Shown here in pieces: positions 9,518 to 19,918 of a stretch of DNA of 33,696 nt. The number at the start of each line of letters is the position of its first letter. Positions within the stretch are counted from its first letter, which is position 1. The stretch is from an uncultured virus (IMG/VR IMGVR_UViG_3300042898_001580) (Duplodnaviria > Heunggongvirae > Uroviricota > Caudoviricetes > Crassvirales), in IMG/VR virus record IMGVR_UViG_3300042898_001580. One strand, 5' to 3'. The translations under genes were made by a program, and so were the position numbers. The notes under the pieces were generated by a model, which was not told where the DNA came from, did not search any database, and worked only from the letters and a program-made list of their open reading frames with translations.

Positions 9518-11041
9518 TTAAGCTACGTTACGTGGCAAGAATAGTATTTTAGTTGGGTCTTCTATTACGCAACCATTATACATCATACCATGTACTTCAT
9601 AAGCATCTTCAGGAGATACTGTAGAAGATTTACCTGCCCAACCTGTACCACCTGGAGAGAATGGGTTACGCATACCTGGAATGTAACGGAAGATACCATC
9701 TTCGTAAGCTTTCACAGATAGACGTTTAATACCACTATCACCTAGGAATTGACCATCAGCTTTTACACCTGAACGGATTAACATGTGGCGAGAAGATACT
9801 AGACCTAAGCCTGAAGGATCTTTTTGTTTCCACAATTCAGGATCATCAAAGAACTTACGGAAACGTATTTCAATGTTTACACCATTGTAAGAACGGAAAC
9901 GAGTAAATACACCTTGGTAAGTTAAACCTTGACCACCCATATCACCATTCTCTTGAATGCGATGTAAAGTCCAGTTAGGAGTGTAAGTAGTTGAACGGTT
10001 TTCTAACCATTTAGAAGCTTCTTGGTAACCATAGTAACCTGTTTCAATTACTAGGTAAAGTTGCTCATCATATTTGTAAGCCAAGTTCAAGTCTTGTGCA
10101 ATGTCAACTATTTGGTCTAAGTTAATAGAGTTTTGAGGAATAGTGTTTGTTGCAGCAATTTGTTTGAAGAAACCTGGGAATGATTTAATAACACATTTGT
10201 TTTTCTCGTCAATGTTATAAACCATATCAGAGCTATCATAGTTCTTTTGAGAAAGAATGAAAGCACGAGCAGCTTGCATTTCAAACTGATGGATTGCAAG
10301 AGCATCAAAGTAGTTTACATAAGCACCTACAGAGATTTTAGCACCTGCATCATCTTTAAATACCATACCAAAAGGCATAGGTTTGTTTTGCTCAATCATG
10401 TTACCATCTACTTTGTATTGCATACGGTGCAATGAAGTAGGGGCTTTAAGCTCAACAAAGGTATTCATATAAAAATCAGTACCTTGGTAAGAACGCTCGT
10501 TAGGAGACAATTGCCAGCCTTTAGACCAGTTTGAACCTACAGTTAATTCTGAATCAGGTACAGACATTAGAGGAGAACCTTGATTAATAAGTTCTACACG
10601 GTACTCATATTTGTCTTTAGAAACCTCTGTAAAATCTTTAACCATGATATTGTAGTCAAGAGGTGTATCACCAAGAACTACATCACCAACCTTAAATAGA
10701 GGTTCAGCAAAGTACATATACCATTGAGCGTTATTTTGACCTACTTTAGAAGGTTTAGCACCTGCTAAGTCAGACCAGTCAAGTAGAGTTACTACCTTTT
10801 GATTAGTACCACCAAGACGCCAGAAGAAATAATCATTGCTAGTGTCTAAGGCATGTACTGGAAATTCACGCATAAATGCGATATAATCATCAGCAGGTAG
10901 ATATTGAAACAATCTGCGATAGACCATTTTTTCTACATCGTAGCCAAATTTCTCACCTAGTTCACCCAAGTGAGGTACTTTCAAAGGCCCAATGTAACTT
11001 TTAGGGCCTAGTTTTGAGAGGGTTCCAAAATTTTCAATCAT
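9518..11041 (-). CDS. Major capsid protein (crAss-like, HK97 fold)
   Basis: 507 aa, strong codon bias, YIPGMRNPF and GCVIEDPT C-terminal motifs typical of Crassvirales MCP; order portal-scaffold-MCP. Confidence 0.85.
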   Translation of the reverse strand: MIENFGTLSKLGPKSYIGPLKVPHLGELGEKFGYDVEKMVYRRLFQYLPADDYIAFMREFPVHALDTSNDYFFWRLGGTNQKVVTLLDWSDLAGAKPSKVGQNNAQWYMYFAEPLFKVGDVVLGDTPLDYNIMVKDFTEVSKDKYEYRVELINQGSPLMSVPDSELTVGSNWSKGWQLSPNERSYQGTDFYMNTFVELKAPTSLHRMQYKVDGNMIEQNKPMPFGMVFKDDAGAKISVGAYVNYFDALAIHQFEMQAARAFILSQKNYDSSDMVYNIDEKNKCVIKSFPGFFKQIAATNTIPQNSINLDQIVDIAQDLNLAYKYDEQLYLVIETGYYGYQEASKWLENRSTTYTPNWTLHRIQENGDMGGQGLTYQGVFTRFRSYNGVNIEIRFRKFFDDPELWKQKDPSGLGLVSSRHMLIRSGVKADGQFLGDSGIKRLSVKAYEDGIFRYIPGMRNPFSPGGTGWAGKSSTVSPEDAYEVHGMMYNGCVIEDPTKILFLPRNVA

Positions 11042-11065
11042 TTTAAATTATTTGTTTTTTAGTTG

Positions 11066-12205
11066 TTATTTTATTTTTTTGTTTTTTACTGCTTCTGCTA
11101 GTTTGGCATAACCATCATTTATTACCTGTTCCATAGTATCTGTAGAGGTAGTACCAAATGATTTGTTTATGCTTTTCTGGTTGTTATTAGTTATAGCTGC
11201 TTCTAGTTCTTTTATTACATCAGCTTTACCTACATTTTTAAGAACACTTAAATCAGGAATAAAATCTTTTTTGCGAGTGTCATATTTAAATAAACCTATG
11301 GTATGATAGAAACGTAAAAGAGCATCAAACTTAGCTTCATCTTTTTGGCGGGTAGCAAATATTGGATTTACTTTCTGACCATTAGCTTCCACTGTTTGAT
11401 ATTCCTTAGTCCAAGATTCTTTAAGTTTCTTAGATAACTTTATGCCACCAATTTCTTCAGTACTTTCAATAAAGTCTTGTAAGTCTTGTAGTTGCTTTTG
11501 TGCTTGAGCTTGTTGGTATTGGCTTTGTTTAGCTACTTCTTGTTTTAGCTGTGCTTCGTAATTATTTACTACTTCAACTAACTCATCATAGTTAGATTCA
11601 GCTTCTTCCATTAATACACCTGCTTCTTTAGACTTCTTAATTTCCCTGTCTATTTTATCAGGAGAAAAATTAGTTGTATTACGCAAGTATTCTTTTTGTA
11701 TCTTTTCAGCTAACTCTAAATCTGAAGCAATATCATCTTTGTTAATTTGTGAGATAGTCTTTAGAGATTTCATCAAATCTGCTGCATCTTCAACTGGTAC
11801 GCCACTATCAACTAACTCAATAAACTTCTTATTAAGAGGGTTAAGATTATTTTGTATATGAGAGTCTAGTTTTACTTGTGCTTTTCTGTCAGATAAATCT
11901 TCTTGCAGAGAAAGATAACTTTCTATAGTACCATCAAACTCTTCTTCATTAAACTCTAATCCTTCTTTCTCGTAAAGAGCTTTAAGGGTTTTAGAAAGTA
12001 CATTAGTATTTTCTTCTACTTTCTTTGGAGCTTCAGTAGGTACTTCTTCTGAAACTTTTACTATGTCATCAAAAGCAATAAGACCATCATCTGATGTTAC
12101 TTCAGTTTTCTTTGGTTCTTCTTCTGCTGCTGTTTTTTCCTTTTTTACTTCTGGTTCTTTACCAATCTGGTCAAAAGGAATAACTTCTAAATTTTCTATT
12201 TCCAT
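11066..12205 (-). CDS. Acidic coiled-coil protein, probable capsid scaffold/assembly protein
   Basis: 379 aa, E/K/D-rich, directly upstream of MCP as in crAss-like phages. Confidence 0.6.
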   Translation of the reverse strand: MEIENLEVIPFDQIGKEPEVKKEKTAAEEEPKKTEVTSDDGLIAFDDIVKVSEEVPTEAPKKVEENTNVLSKTLKALYEKEGLEFNEEEFDGTIESYLSLQEDLSDRKAQVKLDSHIQNNLNPLNKKFIELVDSGVPVEDAADLMKSLKTISQINKDDIASDLELAEKIQKEYLRNTTNFSPDKIDREIKKSKEAGVLMEEAESNYDELVEVVNNYEAQLKQEVAKQSQYQQAQAQKQLQDLQDFIESTEEIGGIKLSKKLKESWTKEYQTVEANGQKVNPIFATRQKDEAKFDALLRFYHTIGLFKYDTRKKDFIPDLSVLKNVGKADVIKELEAAITNNNQKSINKSFGTTSTDTMEQVINDGYAKLAEAVKNKKIK

Positions 12206-12307
12206 AAAATATGTGTTTTAAACGCACAAATATTAACTATTTGTTGCATTAATTAAAATTAAAATTATAGGCATATATAGCAATTATATATAACTTGTAT
12301 ATAAAAC

Positions 12308-12670
12308 CTACTTCAAGTACGTTAATTTATATAAGGTTTGTTTAGTAAGAGTCTTTATTTCGTCTATAATATTGAGTTCATCAGAGTCTGTAAAGGGACA
12401 TTCTGTTTCAATATAAGTCAATAGTGCTTTAAGATAAGAGATAAAATCTTTACTTACTTCTGTATAGGAAGCTTGTATAGTTAAAGATAATAGCCCATAC
12501 TTACCTTGATGTGATTCTATTAGAGTATCAGTAAAATCTAATAGTTTATCATAAAAACTTTGTGCTGCCTTATGTGCTGCATATGCTCCTGGCCCTTCTA
12601 ATGATAAATGATATAGATGTGCTGTATCACGTGCATGGAATAGTCTTCCAATAAATTTACTTACTTCCAC
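12308..12670 (-). CDS. Ferritin/Dps-like four-helix protein (DUF5856-like)
   Basis: HLYHL...YAAHKA...FYD.L..F.D.L.E..QGKYG and LYKL motifs. Confidence 0.7.
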   Translation of the reverse strand: MEVSKFIGRLFHARDTAHLYHLSLEGPGAYAAHKAAQSFYDKLLDFTDTLIESHQGKYGLLSLTIQASYTEVSKDFISYLKALLTYIETECPFTDSDELNIIDEIKTLTKQTLYKLTYLK

Positions 12671-15107
12671 CTTTTCTTGCTTTTATTTTATCTACTTCTA
12701 GCTTTTGTTGAGCTATCTCTTTCTTATCCTTCTCTTTTAGTTGTTCCAAAGAAACTTTTATAGATTCAGACTGTCTGTCTAGTTCTAATCGCTGTTGTTC
12801 CAAATCTAGTTTTCTCATTTCTAAATAGTCAGGCTCATTGTTATTATTATAATCCTTTTCAGGGTCAAATGATTGAGCTTGTAGTTGAGCTACTTCCAGT
12901 TTAGTTTCTCTATCTGTATCTATTTTATATCTTTCTAGTTCTAACTTAGCTGCTTCTAACCTTACTTTTCTATCTTCTATTTCTTGTGCCTGCATATCAA
13001 GTTGTTTCTTAATCTCTATTTGCTGTTTCTCTGCTTCAGCTGCTTTCTCTTGTCTTTGTTTTTCACGTAGTTTAAGCTTGGCAGTTGCATTAGCAATAGA
13101 TTCATTTTGATAGATTTCAAGTACATCAGAAAGAGTAGCTGTACCATTTTGCATTGCAACTTGGAATAAGCCTTCTATCTTCTGCATTATTAGTGCATCA
13201 TTAGTAGAGTTGGTTACATGTAAGTCAAATTCAGAAGCTTGTATTGCTGTAAGTTCTTCATCTGATAAGACTAATGTTGTAAGGTCATCTAATATGTATT
13301 GAAACTTCTTTGGGTTCTCCTTGAATTGCTGTATAGAAATATTCATTACTTTACGTAACGTCCTTAGTTTAAATTTATCATTTAACCTAAACCATTTCTC
13401 TGTTATATGAGAAGATTGTGTTACAGACCTTTCTACGTTACCTACTAATTCTCTATTTTGTATAGCACCTTGTCTTTGTTGTGTAATACCAGTTACTTGA
13501 TCCATACTTTGTAGAGTAGTGTCTATAAGACTACCTATTACTGATAGCGGGCCATTCTGTGTTGCTGATATTATTTGAGCTCCTACTGTATTGTTGATTT
13601 GTCCTGCTGCTTTACCTGCCAATGCTCCATTGTCTATTTCAGCAGTTGGGTCTAAAGGTATGGTTGCAGTAGTCTGCATGTAATTGATAAACTCTTCAAG
13701 ATTCATGTTATCAGGCATCATTGAAGTAGGAAATACCAACATGTCAGGTAACATAAGTGATGTTAAATGTTTCTTCTTGAAGTAGAGTACATCTAACATA
13801 TAATCAAAAGGTTTACAAATATCCATTAAAGACTGAGCTTTGGAAGTATTTGTATTATATATCTGTATAGTTACAGGTGGTTCTTGACGTGAGATATTGT
13901 CTAGTGAAGTAGAAAGAAATGGTACAGGTTCTATCTTTACGTATATATCATAACCAATCTTAAAACCTCTCCACCATTCATTAACCCACATTTCTTTTAC
14001 TATCTCTTCACCTACTAGTTTGTTAGCTTTATACTTTTGATGTACATATTTTTCTTCTTCCAGTCCTGTTTCTTCGTTGAAAGATTTAAGTAGTTTTACT
14101 TTTCTTTTTGATTTCCACAAGCAATGTACAACACGCATATTACCATTCACATCTATGTTTGTTGCAAATAGTGTTCTTTCTAATTCAGATACAGGAAATA
14201 TACCTGAAGCTGTAATAGAATTATCAGGTACTGCAAGTTCACCTACAGGCCCATAAGTAGGGTAAGTCCAACCAGATGTACCACCAAAAGGTGAGATACC
14301 TTTGAATGCTTGTAGTTTAGCTATGGCTTCTGTATCTAAGTAAGGGTGAAAATTGTCTAGTACATTTGATACTGTTTGGTAGCTTACCTCTACTAGTGCC
14401 TCAAGCCCTGATTCATCTATTGATTCAGCAGACATAATAGTAAAGATTTTTGTTGGGTCTCCTTTTCTTATAAAGAGTTCTTTACCTAATGCTTCTGTAA
14501 ATACTATTTGTTCACCTGCAATAAGCGCATCTTCAAATGCCCTGTTAAATATTGTATCTAAATCCTGTTGTTTGTAATAATACTTTAATATCTTTTGTGC
14601 TCCTGATTCTGCTACATCTTGCCATTCATAGTTCATGTAATCAGAAAGCCTTTGTAATCTTTGTTGAGCTTCTTCTTCAGGTAGGTTCCCTTGTAACATA
14701 TCTACAAGTTCTTGTTTTACCCTACCCATCATTCTTTGTTCTTTTCCTGATATACCTTCAGCATCATTATTAGAAAGTGTAACTCTCCAATCAAACCTAC
14801 GGTTCATATGCTCACCTACAAGTAGGTCTATTTTGGCATTACCAAAACCCATATGTTCTAACCTTGCAGGGAAAGAGTTTAATCCTAACCCATGTGGGTC
14901 TAGTATTTTTTCAAAATCTGCTTGGTTTATTACTCCCCTCTTTAGATTATAATTGTTAAACTTATTATATAAGGTAGGTCGTAATTGACGATTCTCAAAC
15001 ATAATAATGTTTTCAAAAGCATCTAAATTATTCTTCTGCCATTCTTTAGTAGCTTTCTTTTCATCAGACACCATTTGGTCTGGGAGTAATTTTACTTGTC
15101 CTAACAT
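12657..15107 (-). CDS. Portal protein
   Basis: 816 aa, immediately after TerL; AKIDLLVGE, WVNEWW, GITQQRQG and ELVGNVER motifs of crAss-like portals; coiled-coil C-terminus. Confidence 0.85.
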   Translation of the reverse strand: MLGQVKLLPDQMVSDEKKATKEWQKNNLDAFENIIMFENRQLRPTLYNKFNNYNLKRGVINQADFEKILDPHGLGLNSFPARLEHMGFGNAKIDLLVGEHMNRRFDWRVTLSNNDAEGISGKEQRMMGRVKQELVDMLQGNLPEEEAQQRLQRLSDYMNYEWQDVAESGAQKILKYYYKQQDLDTIFNRAFEDALIAGEQIVFTEALGKELFIRKGDPTKIFTIMSAESIDESGLEALVEVSYQTVSNVLDNFHPYLDTEAIAKLQAFKGISPFGGTSGWTYPTYGPVGELAVPDNSITASGIFPVSELERTLFATNIDVNGNMRVVHCLWKSKRKVKLLKSFNEETGLEEEKYVHQKYKANKLVGEEIVKEMWVNEWWRGFKIGYDIYVKIEPVPFLSTSLDNISRQEPPVTIQIYNTNTSKAQSLMDICKPFDYMLDVLYFKKKHLTSLMLPDMLVFPTSMMPDNMNLEEFINYMQTTATIPLDPTAEIDNGALAGKAAGQINNTVGAQIISATQNGPLSVIGSLIDTTLQSMDQVTGITQQRQGAIQNRELVGNVERSVTQSSHITEKWFRLNDKFKLRTLRKVMNISIQQFKENPKKFQYILDDLTTLVLSDEELTAIQASEFDLHVTNSTNDALIMQKIEGLFQVAMQNGTATLSDVLEIYQNESIANATAKLKLREKQRQEKAAEAEKQQIEIKKQLDMQAQEIEDRKVRLEAAKLELERYKIDTDRETKLEVAQLQAQSFDPEKDYNNNNEPDYLEMRKLDLEQQRLELDRQSESIKVSLEQLKEKDKKEIAQQKLEVDKIKARKGGSK

Positions 15108-17117
15108 TTATCTGTATTTCTCAAATGTTTCAAAATCTTCTTTATCGAAAATGTCTGTTAACTTCCTTTGTACTTTAAATTTGGTAAAAAAGTTACCGAA
15201 TTTATTTGACTTAGGTTTTTTCCTTTCTTCTGCAACATCATCTGTAAGGTCTTCTCTATACAAGAATAACATATTTAAAGCTGATACTCTATCAAAGTTA
15301 CCATCCTTATTCCAGTTTATAACTTCTTTTAAGTAACCTATGCTTCTTATTGTATCTATCTTCTTTGTGCCTGTAGTTACATCTAAATCAGATAACATCC
15401 AGGTTTTTTGTGATTCTCTTCCTCTTTTGTTTACATCTTCAGTTGGCTTTATACCTTTTGAAGTATCTAACCCTTCTCTCCAAGTATTTCTATCTCTTAA
15501 GTAAGAAGGTGTATCTGCCAATAAGTATAATTGTTGTTTTCTTTCAAAGAACTTGTACATAAGTGTTACTGAAGCTTCATACATTGCTGTTGCATTATAC
15601 CAAACTAATATTCTTCTGCATGTTTCATAGAAATCTTCTGCTCTTTCAGGTCTTGCTGTATACTCACATACAATCCTGTCAGTCCATAAGTCCATTATAA
15701 ACATACAACCAACTGATTCAGAGTTTGTTGTCTGGTCTTGGTTGTAGGGGTCAATACCTCCTATATATCTGTTACGAGGTACTACAAGTGTGTTTTTATC
15801 TTGTTGAGGTAATTCAAATACTTCTATGTAATTTATGGTTGGGTCTAATATAGGCCATTCTCTTTGAGGTTGTGCATCTTGTACATCAACCCATTTAATT
15901 ACCTTGTCTTCATTATACTCTAATCTACCAACATTATGCTTTGATAACTCTTTGTCTGTATATAATTCTGACAATCTTTTCTTTGCTTCAGTTATCGGAA
16001 AGTAAGTTCCCTTTGTACGAAGCATGGCTTCTTCAGGTGTAATTGGATCTTCAGCTGCCATCTTTAACAGCGTTTTATTATCCACACCTAATTTCTTTTT
16101 ATCTAGTCTTTGTTGTAGTATATAATCTTTTGCTTCTGTTTCTAGGGAGTTGCCATTCTCATCTATAAAACCCAAGTAGTTTTTGTAAGCAGGAAAGAAG
16201 AAACAACAAGGTTGAGAAGATTTAGCTTCTTCCCATATATTCTTTACATCTTGAAATCCATATGCATCAGGTTTGTAGAATACAGTTTCCATTGCTGCAA
16301 ATCCTGGCCCTTCATCACCACCTGTACCAAATGCTAATATTGTACCTTTCTTTAATATACCTTCCTGTACTGATTTTCTTATAATAGGTATTGCATCTAG
16401 CAAATTAGGAAATGAACCAGCTTCTTCTACTATAATTAGATCCGCACTTTTACCACGTAACTTTTGTGGGTCATCTAAAACTATTGCAGCTATATTAGAT
16501 TTGTAACCTTTTTCTATTATCTGTCCTTTTACATTTTCTAAATAACTTGCACGTATGTGATCAGCTTTATTAATCTTTTGGCGTAGTTTACCAAAAGGTG
16601 TATGTAAAGACATGTGGTCAACATTCTGAAGTACCTTAGTCATTGTAGAGTCAGCACCTAAGATGTATTGTTTTGTTGCCGCCACAATAAATACATTACT
16701 GTTTCTTTTAAAATGGTATATTCTAGAAGCTAATGCTGCTGCATAGTAAGATAAACCTTTCCTACGACCTTTGAGTATGAAGCAATCTTTTTTATTTCTA
16801 TGTGCCTCTTGATAATACCCATCTACTTCAATAGTACCATCCCAAGTTACTGGGAATCCATTTATGGAAAAAGTCATTCCACCTTCTTCTACTGTCTTGT
16901 CCATTATACTATAATTGAAGTAATAGTATAGTTCTCCTGTAATAAATTTGGAAGGTAAATATTCGTAACCTTTTAATATACGCTCTTGTTCTCTTTGCCA
17001 GAATTGCATCCAACGAGAGTTAGGTGTACGTGATTCAGGAAAAGGACAATATGTTTCGTACTCTTCAAAGTGCCTACGTACTTCAGTAAAAGCTAATATA
17101 TCTTCTTGTGTAAGCAT
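15108..17117 (-). CDS. terL: Terminase large subunit
   Basis: Walker A-like KGRRKGLSY, LRGK, Walker B IIVEEAG, FGTGG coupling motif, nuclease GGIDPY...NFDRVSA; no intron or intein evident. Confidence 0.92.
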   Translation of the reverse strand: MLTQEDILAFTEVRRHFEEYETYCPFPESRTPNSRWMQFWQREQERILKGYEYLPSKFITGELYYYFNYSIMDKTVEEGGMTFSINGFPVTWDGTIEVDGYYQEAHRNKKDCFILKGRRKGLSYYAAALASRIYHFKRNSNVFIVAATKQYILGADSTMTKVLQNVDHMSLHTPFGKLRQKINKADHIRASYLENVKGQIIEKGYKSNIAAIVLDDPQKLRGKSADLIIVEEAGSFPNLLDAIPIIRKSVQEGILKKGTILAFGTGGDEGPGFAAMETVFYKPDAYGFQDVKNIWEEAKSSQPCCFFFPAYKNYLGFIDENGNSLETEAKDYILQQRLDKKKLGVDNKTLLKMAAEDPITPEEAMLRTKGTYFPITEAKKRLSELYTDKELSKHNVGRLEYNEDKVIKWVDVQDAQPQREWPILDPTINYIEVFELPQQDKNTLVVPRNRYIGGIDPYNQDQTTNSESVGCMFIMDLWTDRIVCEYTARPERAEDFYETCRRILVWYNATAMYEASVTLMYKFFERKQQLYLLADTPSYLRDRNTWREGLDTSKGIKPTEDVNKRGRESQKTWMLSDLDVTTGTKKIDTIRSIGYLKEVINWNKDGNFDRVSALNMLFLYREDLTDDVAEERKKPKSNKFGNFFTKFKVQRKLTDIFDKEDFETFEKYR

Positions 17118-17341
17118 TATTTTTTATCTGTCCAATTAAGAGAAGGTTTAAGAATTTCTAAAAAACGAACTAGGTCGTTTATATCATCTACACTTGACAA
17201 ATTTAATGAAAGTTCCGCAGAATTTAGTTTAGCTCCTCTAAAGTAATTTTTATCTTTTCTTAAATCAAAACTACTTATAGTTTGCTTTTTATTATCTTTT
17301 ATAAAATGTATAGTTGTTAGTTTCATAATATTAATCTTCAA
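17117..17341 (-). CDS. Hypothetical protein
   Basis: 74-aa ORF coupled (TAATG) to terL. Confidence 0.55.
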   Translation of the reverse strand: MKINIMKLTTIHFIKDNKKQTISSFDLRKDKNYFRGAKLNSAELSLNLSSVDDINDLVRFLEILKPSLNWTDKK

Positions 17342-17876
17342 ATGATGATTTATGTGCCCCTCCCCTAAGATTAGGGTCTTGAGTTAATTCTACCTCTACA
17401 TGCTTACGCATTTCAGTAATCTTCTTTATTGTTTCAGGAAAATCTGCAATGGTTTTCTGTAATTGATTTACATTGTATACAGCTTTACCTTGTTTATCCC
17501 TTTCATCTAGTTTTACTTTGGCTAGGTATTCAGATATTTTAGCTGCTGTATTCTCTACTGATTCTAAGTGCTTTAAAGAAAAAGAAGATTCATTTTGTAT
17601 GTCTTCATACATCTTTGCTGCTGCTAAAACTAATGTGTCTGCTTTATACTTATTATCGTATACTTCTTTTTCTAACGTAGTTATCTTATCTTCTACAGGC
17701 AATTTCTTAAAAGTAGACTGCCAATCAGCAAAGAAATACACAAAAGACAAGTCTAGTTTAGCCCTGTCTTTATTTTTTGTTTTATCCCTTTCCCATATAT
17801 CCCTGAAAGCTTTTAATCCTAATGCTTCAGGAGTTATACTACAAAGATGATTGTTTTCTAGCTTCAATAACTTCAT
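17331..17876 (-). CDS. Conserved helical protein upstream of terL (possible small terminase subunit)
   Basis: 181 aa, RDKTKNKDRA motif, C-terminal LRGG; function inferred from position only. Confidence 0.5.
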   Translation of the reverse strand: MKLLKLENNHLCSITPEALGLKAFRDIWERDKTKNKDRAKLDLSFVYFFADWQSTFKKLPVEDKITTLEKEVYDNKYKADTLVLAAAKMYEDIQNESSFSLKHLESVENTAAKISEYLAKVKLDERDKQGKAVYNVNQLQKTIADFPETIKKITEMRKHVEVELTQDPNLRGGAHKSSFED

Positions 17877-18087
17877 GTACTTTTTCTATTTTTTGATAGT
17901 TAGGACAAAACTCTCCTAACTTAGGCATGTATATTTCTACAAACCCTTCTTCATAAGAGGAGCCTGTAATCTTATCTTTTATGTTAGTAAAATAAGCAGA
18001 TACTACTTCCAAAGCTTCTGCTTTAGTTATACCACACCTTTTGGCATGTTTCTCTACTAATCTTTCTAATCTATAATCCAGTTTCAT
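17839..18087 (-). CDS. HU/IHF-like DNA-binding protein
   Basis: HAKRCGITKAEALEVVSAYF...VEIYMPKLGEF matches the HU/IHF pattern; an IHF-like gene is a known Crassvirales core gene. Confidence 0.7.
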   Translation of the reverse strand: MKLDYRLERLVEKHAKRCGITKAEALEVVSAYFTNIKDKITGSSYEEGFVEIYMPKLGEFCPNYQKIEKVHEVIEARKQSSL

Positions 18088-18232
18088 TTGTAGGAAATTT
18101 ATCTATAAGCACTACTCCCTCCTCTAGTTCAGGGTGCTCTAAAGATTCTAAATGTTTTATGTAATCTTCAACTGACATAGTTTCAGGAATTTTACGTAAA
18201 TCAAATGTTAGTATTTTATCTTTTGGTATCAT
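18071..18232 (-). CDS. Small hypothetical protein (53 aa), not in ORF track
   Basis: Manual translation MIPKDKILTFDLRKIPETMSVEDYIKHL...NETGL*; TAATG coupling; fills the operon gap. Confidence 0.6.
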   Translation of the reverse strand: MIPKDKILTFDLRKIPETMSVEDYIKHLESLEHPELEEGVVLIDKFPTNETGL

Positions 18233-18720
18233 TATAATATATCTAAGTCATCATCATCTATAAAAGTTACTGCTTTTAATTCAGGTACTTCTATTGCTTC
18301 ATCTACAAAGGCATCAAAAGAAGGCCTTTCATTTTCTATTGGTTTTGGTTCTTCTTTTACAGCCATTGTAAAACGTATTTCTAATTTATCTTCCATTGTT
18401 ATTACTACTTGTTTAGATAAAGCATTGTTTGTGATAATACCTTTCTTGCGTAGCTTGTTTAGGTAAGTCTCAAACTTTTGTGCATCTATATCAAACTCTT
18501 CCCTTATCTTCTTTTTTGTTGAAGAAGAGAATAGTAAGTCATACCTTATTTCATCTGACTTTATTTCAGCTGCATAAAAGTTATTATAATACACAAGATA
18601 AGATAATACTTCTAACTCTGAATCAGTTAACTGTTCAGGCAAAGTCCAATTTATTGCTTTAAGGTAAGCTAAAAACAATTCTTGTTTATTCTTTACTTTT
18701 ATATTAAATGGTTTTACCAT
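18232..18720 (-). CDS. Winged helix-turn-helix protein
   Basis: LTDSELEVLSYL...KIREEFDIDAQKFETYLNKLRKKGII pattern; acidic tail. Confidence 0.6.
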   Translation of the reverse strand: MVKPFNIKVKNKQELFLAYLKAINWTLPEQLTDSELEVLSYLVYYNNFYAAEIKSDEIRYDLLFSSSTKKKIREEFDIDAQKFETYLNKLRKKGIITNNALSKQVVITMEDKLEIRFTMAVKEEPKPIENERPSFDAFVDEAIEVPELKAVTFIDDDDLDIL

Positions 18721-19126
18721 TGTTTATTTCTTCTAAGTAGAGTTTAAATGTAACTCCGTTTACTACTAATTTATTCTTGTCTGGACAAATATCAGGATAT
18801 TCTGTCATATATGCAAGCAATAAATCTTTAAACTCTGCCATTGTGACAAATACCTTTACAGGTATATTCTTCTTTTCTTGTAAAGAGTGTTCTTTTATTT
18901 GTGAGAAAGATAAGTGGTATTTATATCTTCCCTGCAAGTAAAATTCGTATTGCAAAGTATAAGAAGGTTCTGTTTCTTGTAAATATATTTCTTCTAATAC
19001 TACGTAATGTAAATCATGCAACATCATTTCATCTTTCCAATTATCCAGCTCTTGTAGAAATTCTACTTTAAACTTTTCCAGGCTATTGTAGTCTTCAAAG
19101 TAGTTCCTAATTACCTTTGTGCGCAT
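18704..19126 (-). CDS. Hypothetical protein
   Basis: 140-aa ORF in an overlapping gene chain. Confidence 0.55.
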   Translation of the reverse strand: MRTKVIRNYFEDYNSLEKFKVEFLQELDNWKDEMMLHDLHYVVLEEIYLQETEPSYTLQYEFYLQGRYKYHLSFSQIKEHSLQEKKNIPVKVFVTMAEFKDLLLAYMTEYPDICPDKNKLVVNGVTFKLYLEEINNGKTI

Positions 19127-19403
19127 GAAATCCTACTGTCTTATTTTGTGAATGTTGCTTTTTCAGTTCATTTAGTTTGGTAGCAGCTATTTTAACTACA
19201 ACTACTCCCATATTTTCTATATGTACCTGACACCTGTCTTTAAACACTTTACCTGTACGTATGTTAAGTACTTCAGCATGTGCTCCCAAATGAAAAGGTT
19301 CACAGTAGATTTTAAAAGATGCATTTCTTTTTATAAGAAACTCTACTGGCCCTTCTTCTGTTAGTTTTGTATTATATAGGTCTGTTATTCCTCTGAGTTC
19401 CAT
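19107..19403 (-). CDS. Hypothetical protein
   Basis: 98-aa ORF in an overlapping gene chain. Confidence 0.55.
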   Translation of the reverse strand: MELRGITDLYNTKLTEEGPVEFLIKRNASFKIYCEPFHLGAHAEVLNIRTGKVFKDRCQVHIENMGVVVVKIAATKLNELKKQHSQNKTVGFHAHKGN

Positions 19404-19567
19404 ACTGTAACAACTAAAAAGTGTTTATCTTCCAAGCTAAAAGTTTCTGTAAGGTAATGCTCACCTTCAAGCATACAGGTTTGGAATATCTTCTCTACAT
19501 TAAGCGTAGCTTTGATAAGTCCTGTTACTGATTCACATTCTATAGAAAAAACTCTTGGCATTGTCAT
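19385..19567 (-). CDS. Hypothetical protein
   Basis: 60-aa ORF directly behind a promoter-like motif. Confidence 0.5.
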   Translation of the reverse strand: MTMPRVFSIECESVTGLIKATLNVEKIFQTCMLEGEHYLTETFSLEDKHFLVVTVWNSEE

Positions 19568-19570
19568 AGG

Positions 19571-19584
19571 GTAAATATACGAAA
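19571..19584 (-). promoter_or_regulatory. Promoter-like motif TTTCGTATATTTAC
   Basis: Near-identical to the motif at 9473-9486; lies between the groES terminator and the next ATG. Confidence 0.5.
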
Positions 19585-19608
19585 TAGTTTTTAATTAGTT
19601 GCATAAGC

Positions 19609-19632
19609 AAAAAGAGCTACTTTCGTAGCTCT
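19609..19632 (-). terminator. Intrinsic terminator after groES
   Basis: Minus strand AGAGCTAC-GAAA-GTAGCTCT followed by TTTT. Confidence 0.8.
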
Positions 19633-19641
19633 CTTAAACAA

Positions 19642-19917
19642 TTATACTTCAACAAATTTACAAATTATATCTCCTACCCGCATAAGCAAGTATGCATTAT
19701 CTACCATAAGTAAAGGTACTCCTGTATTAGGGCTAAACTGTACTACATCTCCTACTTTTAAAGTAGTTACTTGTTCTGATACAGCTTTTATTATACCTTG
19801 TGTTGCTGGGGGTAGTTTAGTTTCAGCTAAGAATAACTCTGATTCTTGCTTTTCTACTATTGGTTCTACTATAACTCTTTCTCCAAGAGGTACTGGTGTT
19901 ACATTTGATGTTTTCAT
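19642..19917 (-). CDS. groES: Co-chaperonin GroES (Cpn10)
   Basis: PLGERVIVEP...QGIIKAV...LKVGDVVQF...YLLMRVGDII. Confidence 0.88.
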   Translation of the reverse strand: MKTSNVTPVPLGERVIVEPIVEKQESELFLAETKLPPATQGIIKAVSEQVTTLKVGDVVQFSPNTGVPLLMVDNAYLLMRVGDIICKFVEV

Positions 19918-19918
19918 A

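Noticed and set aside
15108..17117. Intron or intein in terL
   Set aside because: Continuous 669-aa ORF with normal motif spacing and no intein termini.
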